Of a stretch of 64,000 nucleotides of DNA, positions 39,027-52,168 are shown piece by piece. The position numbers were made by a program, and so were the translations under genes. Source of the stretch: Octopus sinensis. Taxonomy: Eukaryota. Position 1 is the stretch's first letter, and every line of letters starts with the position of its first letter. Where the stretch lies: positions 54,126,001 to 54,190,000 of the forward strand of contig NC_043008.1 in the NCBI RefSeq assembly GCF_006345805.1. The letters run 5' to 3'. The notes below the pieces were generated by a model, which was given only the letters and a program-made list of their open reading frames with translations, did not search any database and was not told the origin of the DNA.

Positions 39027-39913
39027 TACGCTTCCCCAGACACAACAGAATATGCTTCAACACACGAACTCATATAAAGAATGTTGCAAACCAAATCCAA
39101 AAACGAAATTTAAGAGGAAAATATCCTTAAAATCATATCTTATGGTTGCAGAAAAGAATTAAAACTTTCATAATATGTATGGGGAAAAAAAGGAAGAATG
39201 GTCCACAGCTGGACCACTTTTGAACATATGTCCTATCGATATGGAAGGGTTCGCTTGGAACTTAGTAGAGTTGTTAGAATGTCGGATAGGATGCTTCGCA
39301 GGGCTTGTTCCGTTTGTGCTCTGAGCTCAAATCCAAACGGGTCAGCTTTGTCTTTCATCTTTCATGTGTGGATAAAATAAGTACCAATCCAGGTCAGTGA
39401 TTGGGAGACCGGCTTAACACCAAATACCGCATTCCGGGTAGTTTTCTCCAAATGATAATAGCAACAATAATCCTTTCTACCCAGATACAAGGCCTGAATT
39501 TTTTTCGGGGAGGGGAATAGTCGATTACATCAATCCCAGGACTCAAATGATATTTTATTGACCCAGAGAAGATGAAAAGGAAAGTCGACCTTAGCGGAAT
39601 TTGAACTCAGAATGTATAGGCGAATGAAATGCCACGAAGCATTTTTATTGATTAACTGCCCAACAGAACGTAACGCATGTGCTAACTTACTAACGGAGTA
39701 ACAAGTCGAATTATAATATATTTTCCAACCATTATCTTTGGATGCTATTTCTCACATATTGGTTCACATCGTCGAAGTCCCTCAGTAAAACATGGATGGA
39801 TGACATGAAGAAACTTCTTCCTATAAAATCAAATCTTATGTAGATTCGTAATAGAATTTCGTATGCTACAACTGTGCGGGCCCTTCTATGTCTTCTGATA
39901 GTTGTTGTGACCT

Positions 39914-40378
39914 CCTTCGGTCATGAATGACCATGGGATTGCTCCTAGAAAGTTACCCTCCGAGGCACAAGTCTGGGCAAGGTTGTTTATGGAAGACCAG
40001 CAGTCACCCATGCATACCAGCCTCCCATCTCCACGTCACCGATGTTATCCAAGGGAAAGGCAAAGGGGCCGATACAGCTTAACACCAGTGACGTCGCAGC
40101 TCATTTATTAACGTGCAAGTGGCTGAGTACTCCACAGACACGTGTACCCTTAACGTAGTTCTTGGGGAAATACAGGTACAACAGAAACAGGAAGTAAGAG
40201 TGAGAGAAAGTTGTGGTGAAAGAGTACAGCAGGGTTCACCACCACACCCCACCGGAGCCTCGTGGAGCTTTAGGTGTTTTTGCTCAATAAACACTCACAA
40301 CTCCCGGTTTGGGAATCGAAACCACGATCCTACGACCGCGAGTCCGCTGCCCTAACCACTGGGCCATTGCGCCTCCAC
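39914..40378 (-). mobile_element. SINE family C plus adjacent SINE-tail fragment
   Basis: Head GGTGGAGGCGCAATGGCCCAGTGGTTAGGGCAGCGGACTCGCGGTC; tail fragment 39914-40085 homologous to 30061-30240. Confidence 0.85.
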
Positions 40379-40966
40379 CTTCTGATAGTACTTATGGCAT
40401 TAGTATATGTTTGCGGAAGATGCTTGGGGAAGAGAATGAACTCTGATATAATTGATGTATAGTGTTCACATGAAGGGCAAATGTTTGTACGTTAACTGCA
40501 TCTTTTCTATAAACTCTACATTTTTCTTGCTGTTCCTTTTTCTTCAGAAGAGAAATAACAGCTTTCAGGACCTTCTTTTGAAGTCTCTTTATCTGGTGGG
40601 AAAAAGGAGAAAAGAAAGCAGGACTATTGGAATACTTTCACAGTAGAAGTTTGGCTGGTTTGGCTTGCAATTGTACGAACTTCACTAAAGGCACCAAACA
40701 ATTAAGTGTTAAACTTGGAGACGGATTTGGAAAAAAAGAAGTAAATAAATTTGACCAAGATGCTGCAAACTTGAATCAACTGATCGGAAGTCACGTGGTT
40801 GCGAGCAAGCTTCTTAAGCTCACAGAGATTCATGCGTCTTGGGATGTGACGGAAAGTAAAAGAAAATGTGTATACATACGTCAAAATCAACAACACAAGC
40901 CAGTAAAGTAATGCTGATCTACGTCGGCAAATAATATAATGATAATAATAATTTAGTAAAATCTAG

Positions 40967-41363
40967 GGATCTTTTCGGTTTGAACGGCAGTTTTTCCTAG
41001 CGGTGTCATATGAAATTGTCACCCATAATTATGACCCTAGTATCGATCTATTGCATTTCAATCTGTTTTAGGGTTAGGGTTAGTTAGGGTTAGGGGTGGG
41101 GGGAAGGGTATCTTTTTTCTTCACAAATGTAAATAAACCCAATCTGCTTCTTAAACGAGGGACATATTCATACGGCACAGAATGTTTTTTTTACCTCAAT
41201 AGACGTCAGTGATTGGTTGAAATTGCAGAAATTGAAGAAAAAAACCAACAAATATCTTACAAACTATAGACTTTTCTCAATAAAGCTAAGAGAAAAAGAT
41301 GTTTTATAAACACATTCTACCAGTATACGAAGTTAAAAACTGCCGTTCAAACCGAAAAGATCC
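40967..41363. mobile_element. MITE with 29-bp perfect TIRs, 8-bp TSD and internal TTAGGG repeats (Merlin-like or hAT-like)
   Basis: AAATCTAG|GGATCTTTTCGGTTTGAACGGCAGTTTTT ... AAAAACTGCCGTTCAAACCGAAAAGATCC|AAATCTAG. The superfamily is inferred only from the GG termini and 8-bp TSD. Confidence 0.9.
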
Positions 41364-42525
41364 AAATCTAGATTTTCATATGTTCATATATTATGGAACT
41401 GCTAACATTCTGAACAAAACCTTTCTTTACAGGCAAGAAATTTTCGGCAAATAATCAGGTTAAGCAAAAGTCCTTCCTGTACAAAGCATCAGTACTCACA
41501 TCCGGCCTCGGCATACAAACTTAGCCAAATTTACCAACTCTATTACATACTTATTCTCACTGGATTGTCCCATTCTTTTTTCTTTATAAGAGGAAGCTAT
41601 GATTTCTTTTCTTTAATATTAGTTCAAAGCTGTTGCTATTAAAACACATTGTGTCTTTTATTTCTTTTTTCTCTCTGTTTCGACAAATTCCCAGAATGCT
41701 ACGCAAACTGCAATTAATTGAATCAGTAACGGAAATCTTCAGTTTATATTCAATGTTTAAGTGTTCTTTGTAGCTATGGAGTTTCGTCCTGTATTTAAAT
41801 TATTCACCATAAGGAGGAGGGGAAAAATCTATCCTGAGTCCAGACATTGTTATTTTTTTTTCTTTTCTTGTGTTATTTTTGTACATTTTTCCTGTTTGCT
41901 TTGTTTGTTTCTTAATGCTTTTGTCATTTTTTCTAGGGTTGTGAAAGGGTAATGTTTACCACATTTTGTAAAATATGCACTAAAAGCAAATATTGATCTA
42001 AGCTGAAATAAGTTCAATCAATAGAAAACCGATCGATGAAAGCCTGTTATGTTATTTATATATATATATACGCATTTATTTTTGTTGTTGTTCAAGTTGT
42101 TCTTGTTGATATTGCAAGCCATTTTAAGCATATATTTTTTATAAATATTCAAGGAGGGGAAATCTCAGCATTCATCCCCTTTTGTTATGTTACGTCTGAG
42201 GTTTGACTAAACCAATAAACGGAAAGACGAAAAGAAAGCACCGGATCCAAACAGACATTGATTTGTTGGCTAAAGTAAATGCAGTTTAGTTCCTATTTTA
42301 GCTAGTTCTACTTACAATTCTGACATTTACAAGAGATAGCAGATAGCGGAGGCTTAAACGAAAACTGTTATTTCCGAATTCCGATGTAAAAATAAATAAA
42401 TAAATAAATAAATGAATAAATAAATAAATGAATAAATAATAAATGAACTTATAGTTTGACAACGCTCAGATATATGATTTCCAGAAGCATGAGGCTTCTG
42501 TTGTTTAGCATCTATTTCATTGATT

Positions 42526-42592
<67 letters not shown>

Positions 42593-42601
42593 GAGAGAGA
42601 G

Positions 42602-42690
<89 letters not shown>

Positions 42691-42931
42691 TGAGCACACA
42701 CAAATACACACGCACACGTACAATAGTACTTGTTTAACCCAGGACTGTCTGAAAAGACATAGTCTAATGTGTTATACCATTTTTTTAAACAATAGGTTGA
42801 GAGGAAAGGCTGCTGCTTCCGCTTTGAGATTCCATAGCGCACACAGACACATACACAAATTTATCAGAAAATATGATATAACATATATATAATTATATAT
42901 ATATAGAATATGTACATAATTATATATACAT

Positions 42932-42949
<18 letters not shown>

Positions 42950-42975
<26 letters not shown>

Positions 42976-43094
42976 GCATATATATATATATACACATATA
43001 TGTATATACATATATGTATATACATATATACATACCTATATATGCATATATATACCTACATATATATACATACATATATATATACATATATACA

Positions 43095-43130
<36 letters not shown>

Positions 43131-43325
43131 CATACATACATATACACACACATATATATACATATATATATCTTATAAAATTACTATACATTTATATATA
43201 TATATATATATGCATATATATATATATACACATATATGTATATACATATATGTATATACATATATACATACCTATATATGCATATATATACCTACATATA
43301 TATACATACATATATATATACATAT

Positions 43326-43358
<33 letters not shown>

Positions 43359-43425
43359 CATACATACATATACACACACATATATATACATATATATATC
43401 TTATAAAATTACTATACATTTATAC
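42950..43425. repeat. Compound AT/ATAC microsatellite duplicated in tandem
   Basis: TCTTATAAAATTACTATACATTT occurs at about 43171 and 43399. Confidence 0.85.
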
Positions 43426-43536
43426 ACTAAAGAGGTGACCTTAACAGGATACCTTACACGCTAAAAGGAGCAGCCAAAGCCCAAACCACGATTAAGAATA
43501 ATTTCGAAGGGGAAGAAAAATAAAAACATTTTCAAT

Positions 43537-43626
43537 AGGCGCAGGAGTGGCTGTGTGGTAAGTAGCTTGCTTACTAACCTCATGGTCCCGGGTTCAGTCC
43601 CACTGCATGGCACCTTGGGCAAGCGT
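43537..43626 (+). mobile_element. SINE family A head only
   Basis: AGGCGCAGGAGTGGCTGTGTGGTAAG...GGCACCTTGGGCAAG. Confidence 0.88.
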
Positions 43627-43845
43627 CATCCAGTTCGCCATACTTTTTCCAAGCAATCGCTCAACATTCGATGCAATCCCAGACAGGTTCATACACTCTA
43701 TAATCCAAGAATGTGGGATCCTATCGTACGCCTTACGATAGTCGATCCATGACATTGCTAAGTTACTTTTCCTCCTCTTGCATTCTCTAAGCACAGTTTT
43801 ATCTATCAGGAGTTGATCCTTGCTACCTCTGCACTTACGCTTGCA
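43627..43845 (-). mobile_element. Reverse-transcriptase fragment, R4/Dong-like non-LTR element
   Basis: [47 protein letters not shown] (RT motifs 2-3). Confidence 0.88.
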
Positions 43846-43852
43846 ATTATTA

Positions 43853-43888
<36 letters not shown>

Positions 43889-44528
43889 AATATTCACCGA
43901 AAATGGAAAGAGCTGGGAAATCCAGTTTGCTGTCATTGTTGTACAAAAAATGAAAAATAATAATCTGCTTAACAGAAAAATGGAGGAATAATAAATTCTC
44001 CAGTTTATTGTTATCGATTTTAAATAAACTATTCCAAGTATTTTTCTGCCTTTATTGTGCTTGCTTTTTTTCTCTAGAATTCATATTGCCGAAGATTTTT
44101 GGGTTTATATTTGTTTGTTCATCTTTTTTTTTTCTAGAAATAAACTTGAAAATACATTAAAACGTCACCTAATTCAAAGATGACTGCCAGAAACATTAAG
44201 TGGTAATTTTATGTTTCGGTAAATACTTTTTTTCTTTTTTTACATCGCCTCATAATTCTTTGAATGCTGTGGTTGTTCTTCCATAGTTTCTAAGTTTTAG
44301 TTTTCTATTGGCAACCCAAAGTCTTTCGAATTCCACGAATTTTATTATTTTTACTTCTACACACATCTTTACGATCCTGCGTGCGGGCAGGCTATTCACT
44401 GATGGTTTGAAGCATGCATATATACATATATACATATGTATAATATATGTGTATGTGTATTTATATATATGTATATATATACACAAATATACATATATAT
44501 ATATATATGCACACACATATATATATAC

Positions 44529-44615
<87 letters not shown>

Positions 44616-44935
44616 GTAGTAGTAAGATGTTATAAAAAGAAAATATAAAATACACGTGGAGATGTAAGGGTAAAATATGAAAAATCAACGAAAATGCACA
44701 TTGTAAATATAAAAAAAAGGCTTTTTATGACAGGTAACGACAAATATATATATTTAGATGGACTGAGGTAGTAACAAGAGTCATAAAAGTCATTATTATG
44801 AGATGATTATAAAGTCAGAAAACAAAGCATACCATGGTTTCGTCATAAGCTCTTTCTCTATATATATACATATATATATATATATTATATATATATATAT
44901 ATATGAATACATATGTATACACATATACATACGTA

Positions 44936-45595
44936 CATGGTGGGGAAGTAAAACTTGGAATATTTTAGAAGCCTTATTTTTCATATATTCCTGAGCGTAA
45001 ATACTAAAATATTGCTTTCTGTTTCAGGGTGGAGGTATATAGAGTTAATTTAAGCAGAAGTTCTGGTCATACAATCTAACATGTCCACTCAAGAAACCAA
45101 GAGACATTGCATTGCACAATTGCTTCGTGCCAGGTTTGCAATTAGATATATAATGCTGAGATTGTTGGGGCTTCTGTGAGCACATTCTGGAACGCTAAGA
45201 ACCGAATGCTGGATATGGGAGGCATCAAGAGAAAGCAAGGAAGTGGAGGCATAAATATGAAACGGGATAATGCATTTGTTAAATCTCTCAAAGACAAAAT
45301 TTCGAAAGGCTCAACAACATCCATGAGAAAACTGTCCATGGACATGAAAGTTGATCCAAAGACCATCAGAACTGCGGTACACACTGATTTATAGTTGTGG
45401 CCATACGTGAGGAGCCCGAGACACCCATTGACCCATGCCATGAAAGCCAGAAGGCATGGAAGGGCCAAAAGAGTAGTGAGATACCTGAAGCACAATGGAC
45501 AAACCGTCAAAATCTTTTCAGATGAAAGCGTCTTTATTGCTGATGCCGTTTTAAACCGTCGCAATGATACATTATGACAGAAAACAAAGTGTTTT
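44936..45595 (+). mobile_element. IS630-Tc1-mariner remnant, maT/DD37D-like, left part
   Basis: TA|CATGGTGGGGAAGTAAAAC putative TIR; ATG at 45081; broken ORF ending VKIFSDESVFIADAVLNRRNDT (first catalytic D region). Confidence 0.78.
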
Positions 45596-45751
45596 GAGAG
45601 AAATGAAAGGTAATTTGTAATTTTAAAATAAGCAGGAATAATGTCTGGCTGATACACAGTGTATGATCGTTAGACATTCATTTAAAACCTTTTATGAAGG
45701 AAATATTTTAAAATATGTAAATAAATGAAGCCCACGGGTAAATTGTATACA

Positions 45752-45811
<60 letters not shown>

Positions 45812-46845
45812 ATAACAAAGAGTAAAATTAATTAATTAAGAAGTAATCAATAATTTCACCAAGTAGAATTCGGCATGAAAAAAGGACCATTTCACGGTAA
45901 ACTTAAGTAATACTTAATGATTAAGGTTCAGCAAAGATTTGCTTTACCACATACCGAAGTTTAGAAATAGCAGCCAAAACCTTAGCTATTTCTTCTACTT
46001 TAAAAAGGGACTCCCAGAGAAACCAAAATACTTGAAAACAATCCACACAGGCAGAGGAAATATATATATATATATATATATAATGTGTGAATAATAAGAT
46101 ACGTTACAAAATAGTAAACGGTTTGAATGAATAAGATGTAATAACGTTGTAAAAACAAGCTAACGCTCATGAAAATGTTGTTTGAGTATTTGAGAAAAGC
46201 TAAATAGAAGCTAAAACAAAGATGGAATATTAAAGAGATAAGTGTACAATATTAGTCCGAGAAAAAAGCAAAAAAAAGAACAGAAACATAGATTAATGGA
46301 AAGAAATGGTTAGAAACAATTAGTGATTCATCTTTATATGTATAAATTCGCGTAGACTCAAAGAATTACGACATTATGATAAAGGTATGTGTACATAGGC
46401 ATACAGAGCAGCCAATAGGAATATAATAACCTAAGAGAAGACATATATGTATATATGAAATATATGATTGTATTAAGGAAAGCAGATGCAAATACGAACA
46501 AGAAAAGACACAGATGCAAATATATTCATGTGAGTTAAAATATGAGTACAGACAGCTACAAGTTTATAGGACATTAAATTTTAAACGATATAAATAAATG
46601 TAAAAGTACTCAATCTCGCATATACAGATAAAGTGCAGTGACATTAATATATTCATATTTGCTAAACGTACAAACAATCATGCAAGCATATGGTGTACAT
46701 TGTAATACATTATATTATACAGCATACATTTTTGCAGATAAAAATTGATATCTAGGTAAAAGTTTATGTGAACTACAAATGCATATACAAATACATATGT
46801 ACATATTTATAAAAGAATTCATATTCATATCAAACGCATGTTTAT

Positions 46846-46908
<63 letters not shown>

Positions 46909-47072
46909 TATAGATAGATAGATAGATAGATACATACATACATACATACATACATACATACATACATACATACATACATACATACATAGACAGACAGACA
47001 GGTAGATATACACATATATATATACATAAATATATATATATACATAATAAATATATATATATATATACATAC

Positions 47073-47106
<34 letters not shown>

Positions 47107-47111
<5 letters not shown>

Positions 47112-48815
47112 TTATTTGAGACAAACCACTATTTTGCAAAACAAACAAGGAAAGACTTAATCAATACATAAAATTTAATAAATAGTCAAAAAAACCGCCA
47201 CTACAATCGTTTCTTGTCTTGATCGACAATCTTCAGGTGGACTTCCAATCTAAAAAATCAAAATTTTAAAATATAAAAATAATACTTTTAAATAATTAAA
47301 GTATAAATGAAAAAATATAAGTATATAATCCATATATAACCTATATATAATCCATATCGAAAATATAGACTAATTACCACGAATTCCCTAAAAAAACCAT
47401 GATAAAACAAAACTCTTAAAAAAATATAACGATAAAATCTCCCTTTGCTAAACTCTATAACAAACCTATAAAGTAAACCCCCTAACCTAAACATTCACAC
47501 ACAAATACACACACGTAAACCACAGACTCACGACTTATACACATACCTATACTAACTTATAAACCTCAATATACACCAAAACCCACTCCCTCCCCACACA
47601 GACAAATTAACACATACATCCCAAAACCTAAATAACAAACCCATATACACATTCACACACAAAAAACACACACTCACACGCAAAACACTCACACACAAAA
47701 GATACATATACTCCCTCACATATACGCCTATACATACTCACTAAACTCGACATATACAACAATACTTACACACCCACAAAAAACATTATATACATTTATG
47801 AGCTTTAACTCACCTTAGCATCTCTAACAAACAACTTGCAGTAACCCAATCCCATTCTCTATGCCTACCTCACTACTACACTATTCCATTCACATTCCAA
47901 GCAACGCTAGTCCACCACCCGGTTATCACGTGGCAAAACGAACACCACTCAAAAATTATGAATGAAACAATGTAAAAAAATAACCAACACCTAAAATAGA
48001 CAAAATACCACGAATTACCTAAAAAAAACCATGATAACCAAAACTCATAAAAACATATAACGATAAAATCTCCCTTGCTAAACCCTATAACAAACTTATA
48101 TAGCAATCCCCCTAACCTAAACATTCACACACAAAAAACCCACACGTAAACCACAGACCCAAGACTTATACACAAACCTATACTAACTTATAAACCTCAA
48201 TATACACCAAAAACCACTCCTCCCCACACAGACAAATTAACACATACATCCCAAATCCTAAATAACAAACCCAAATACACATTCACACACAAACACACAC
48301 ACACGCAAAACACACACACACAACAGATACATATGCTCCCTCACATATACGCATATACATACTCACTAAAACTCGATATATACAACAATATTTACACCCA
48401 CACTCATACAGATAAATAAATTAATTATACAATTAAAAACTCACAACCAATCTCATATACATAAACACTCTTATAAAACAACAATAAATACATCGTAATT
48501 AACCAGAATATCAAAAATAACATTATGACATAAGGATAAATCAAATACATACTTACAATTCAGTTACAAATTATGAAGTGAAATTAGATTCTTAGCCGTT
48601 AAAAAACCAAACAAAATTACAAGAAACGATTGTAGTGGCGGTTTTTTTGACTATTTATTAAATTTTATGTATTGATTAAGTCTTTCCTTGTTTGTTTTGC
48701 AAAATAGTGGTTTGTCTCAAATAATATTTTATAATATTTTACTATAAAATTGGATTTAATCCTAAATCTGATTTTTTTCCCTGTAAATTTGGATATATTC
48801 CCTAATATTTATTAT
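47107..48815. mobile_element. Fold-back element: 111-bp perfect inverted repeats, HHR, internal 631-bp-period duplication
   Basis: 47107-47217 equals the reverse complement of 48619-48729; shared tail at 48731-48815. Confidence 0.8.
47198..47240 (-). ncRNA. Minimal type I hammerhead ribozyme motif, canonical core
   Basis: CCAC CTGAAGA TTGTC GATCAA GACAA GAAA CGATTG TA GTGG; predicted cleavage between 47202 and 47201. Confidence 0.85.
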
Positions 48816-48819
48816 TATT

Positions 48820-48875
<56 letters not shown>

Positions 48876-49008
48876 ATATATATACACATACATGCATATA
48901 TATATATATGCATAAATATATATATACATAAATACATATATAGAGATAGACAGACAGACAGATAGATAGATAGATAGATAGATAGATAAAATATAGTGAT
49001 ATACTATT

Positions 49009-49134
49009 GACAATCCAATAATTTATATTACAATATTACATTAAATACTAAGAATATAATATAATATATAATATTATGTTATGCTATATTGTATTCGTAG
49101 TATTTAATGTAATTAAGTAAATTATTGGATTGTC
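49009..49134. repeat. AT-rich hairpin
   Basis: Two perfect 16-bp paired segments (49009-24/49119-34 and 49035-50/49098-113). Confidence 0.8.
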
Positions 49135-49273
49135 TATAGAATATCTTTATATTTAATTCATCTTTATAATTGAATTGTATCAATATTTATATGGTATCCA
49201 ACTGATGTACCAGTGAATTGGATTTTTAACACACCTCTTTGAAGGATTTCTTTTCCTCAGTTTGTTATATATA

Positions 49274-49339
<66 letters not shown>

Positions 49340-49340
<1 letters not shown>

Positions 49341-49810
49341 TTACGTGTCTTTGTCACTATAACATGGCTGTTCTATAAAGAAGTATGTTACTAGATTTTT
49401 AACCCCAGGAAAACTTGTTTTCCAGCTGGTTAACGACACACAACTTGGGTCCGATATATTGATTATCGAGCCAATCACTCCCATCCAGCTTGGCACGACC
49501 AATAGACCATGGTTTCTGGTTTTTACTCTTCATCTGTACTGGATACCTGCCTACTAGAGACAGAATTCAACCGTCCCTACTCACAATAGATAAACAGAGA
49601 AGCGGCAGACAGTCGCTGATCTCGTAACGAACAAAATAGATAGTTCTAAAATCTCTAAACGCGATATAAGTAATAACAATACAAGACGGTAACGTTTTTT
49701 TTTTGCCACTGTAACGTGGCTGTTCTATAAAGAAGTATGTTACCACATTTGTACCCCCAGAAAAAAGCCTTTTCCAGATAGTTAACGATACACAACCTGT
49801 GTCCGGTATT
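49340..49810. repeat. Direct duplication of about 115 bp
   Basis: TGGCTGTTCTATAAAGAAGTATGTTAC at about 49365 and 49717. Confidence 0.8.
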
Positions 49811-50091
49811 CTATATAAGGCTGACAAGGTAACTTACGTTCCTTCACCCTCGGCGACCGAGTAATGGATCACTGATGAAGATTGATTAAATCTAAAATCA
49901 GTGCTGATATGACTCCATCCTGCTTGTCGTTGAGAAGGAGCTTGTCTCCCTTGTCAGCCGTTAGAAAAGTGCTCTCACGTGACTAAAAGTTGTTTTGACT
50001 CTTATTCTTAGCAATGTTGCTGTTTACTAGCAGCCTCCGTAACTTCGGTTCTAAATTGCGAATAGCCACCTTAATTTATAATATATATATC

Positions 50092-50123
<32 letters not shown>

Positions 50124-50214
50124 TAATCCAAACGGGAAAACAGAAAAAACAACAACACGTGGAACAATTACAGTATTATTATTATTAGGCGCTCAGGAAA
50201 ATGGAAGAAGGAGG

Positions 50215-50249
50215 GTATGACGTTTCGAGCGGAGCTCTTCGTCGGAAAC
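50215..50249 (-). ncRNA. Hammerhead-like motif, variant core (CCGACGA)
   Basis: GTTT CCGACGA A GAGC TCC GCTC GAAA CG TC ATAC; U4 replaced by C, stem I 3 of 4 pairs. Confidence 0.45.
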
Positions 50250-50330
50250 ATAGGAGAAAGAAAGATCCCGAGACGGGAGGACAGAGGAAAAAAAATTGCA
50301 GGTAGTCTTCACGAGGTCACATACTAAATA

Positions 50331-50710
50331 TATATTATATTAAATTAGAGATTAAACCACTATTAGGCAAATCATACAATGAAAAACTTAAGCCAATACA
50401 TAAGATTAATTCATTTATATTATTTAAATATAAATCAAAATTATTAAAAAAGATAATTAATATAACACTACGATCGTTTCATGGCTTTGTTATATTAATT
50501 ATATTAATTATCTTTTTTAATAATGTTGATATATATTTAAATAATATAAATTAATTAATCTTATGCATTGGCTTAAGTTTTTCATTGTATGATTTGCCTA
50601 ATAGTGGTTTTATCTCTAATTTAATATAATATAATATTTTACTATAAAATTGGATTCAATCCTAAATCTGATTTTTCCCTGTAAGTTTGGATTTATTCCC
50701 TAATATTTTA
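50331..50710. mobile_element. Fold-back element with an HHR 3' half in the loop
   Basis: Arms 50331-50466 and 50489-50633; the loop reads GAAACGATCGTAGTG on the minus strand; tail nearly identical to 48731-48815. Confidence 0.78.
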
Positions 50711-50721
50711 TTATATATATT

Positions 50722-50755
<34 letters not shown>

Positions 50756-50864
50756 ATATATAGGCCTACACAGCCACAGCAGGAAATGTATTAGGACATG
50801 AGATGTAAAAGCCCGACTAGATTATTTTATGCGCAACTCCATTGTCTCCCGAGACAAAAAGATG

Positions 50865-50905
<41 letters not shown>

Positions 50906-51370
50906 TATACGTGCATACGCACAGCCACACACGTACACGCGCGCGCACACGTATGTGTGTGTGTGCGCGTACGTAGACACACTTACATATACATAGACAT
51001 ACATACATATGCCTATTGATATAAAATATAAAAGTCCAAGTAAAATAAAACAGCAAAATGAAGCTAAATGAAATAAGTAGAAAATCTACAAGCATATAGA
51101 TAAAAAAATATTAGGTAATTCATGTTTACCACCTTGTCATTTTACCCACCCCCAACCTATACCTTCACTATATAATTAAAGTTAACTAGGGAACCTGCTG
51201 AATGTTTTATTAAAAAGATGCTTACATCGTATCCCTAATTTCTGTCTACGGTTAGTAAGATTTCCCACTGCTTTTAGGATTTGGAATGACTCCTCTAGGC
51301 AAGGTTCACATCTCCTTATGTCTATTCCGTATGGTTTAGCTCTACCGAAGATTGACCATTTCAGCTCATA

Positions 51371-51790
51371 TTATGTTTTTTCCTCCCTAAGCGATGTCAC
51401 ATTTTCTTTATTCTTATGTTTAAATGACGAGATGTGATTGTAATATCGTAGCTGAAATGTTGTGGCGCAACACCCAATGTATTTGTAAGTTGTGTTTTGA
51501 GTTACAGCTGCACATTCATATTCTATGTTCCTTTCTAAGCATGATTTATTTAACACACATTTCCTATTCCCTCTACAATTACAACCGACGCTTTCCTTCC
51601 TATTGCTGCTAGTTTTAGAGTTATTCTCACAATTGTCCTCATTAATTTTATCATTACCGTCAATATTTATATTAATACTACCATTGTTATTACCGTTACA
51701 ATTATTATCCTTATTAATGTTACCCTTATAGTAACGACTCGACAGGACGAAGAACTTAATGTCTCTCGAGTAGAATAATCCCAGCTGGCC
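51371..51790 (-). mobile_element. Penelope-like GIY-YIG fragment
   Basis: CNCRGNRKCVLNKSCLERNIEYECAAVTQNTTYKYIGCCATTFQLRYYNHISSFKHKNKENVTSL. Confidence 0.9.
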
Positions 51791-52066
51791 ATCGCGAAAA
51801 TCTACAGATGAAAGGGTCAAAATGAATCTCTGGAATATAATCACGAGTATCTGTGCGTATGTCTCTGTGTATATACATGTGTGTGCATGCGTATGTGTAT
51901 ATGTGTATATATGTATATATATTTGATAATGCTTGTGTATGTATGTTTGTATATGTATGTTTGTGTATGCGTTTGTGTATGGTGTGTTTACTTACACAGC
52001 ATACCGGCTTAAACACACGTATGTCTGTATATTTACTTAAGTATGTAGACAGACAGACAGACAGAC

Positions 52067-52168
<102 letters not shown>

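Noticed and set aside
40627-40911. 94-aa ORF starting at TTG
   Set aside because: No recognisable motif, no ATG and no clear splice context.
44821-44860. GAAACCATGGTA on the minus strand
   Set aside because: Only the 3' half of an HHR; the core is absent.
45945-46000. TAGAAGA AATAGC...GCTATTT CTAAAC on the minus strand
   Set aside because: A stem is present but both core segments deviate; cannot be called an HHR.
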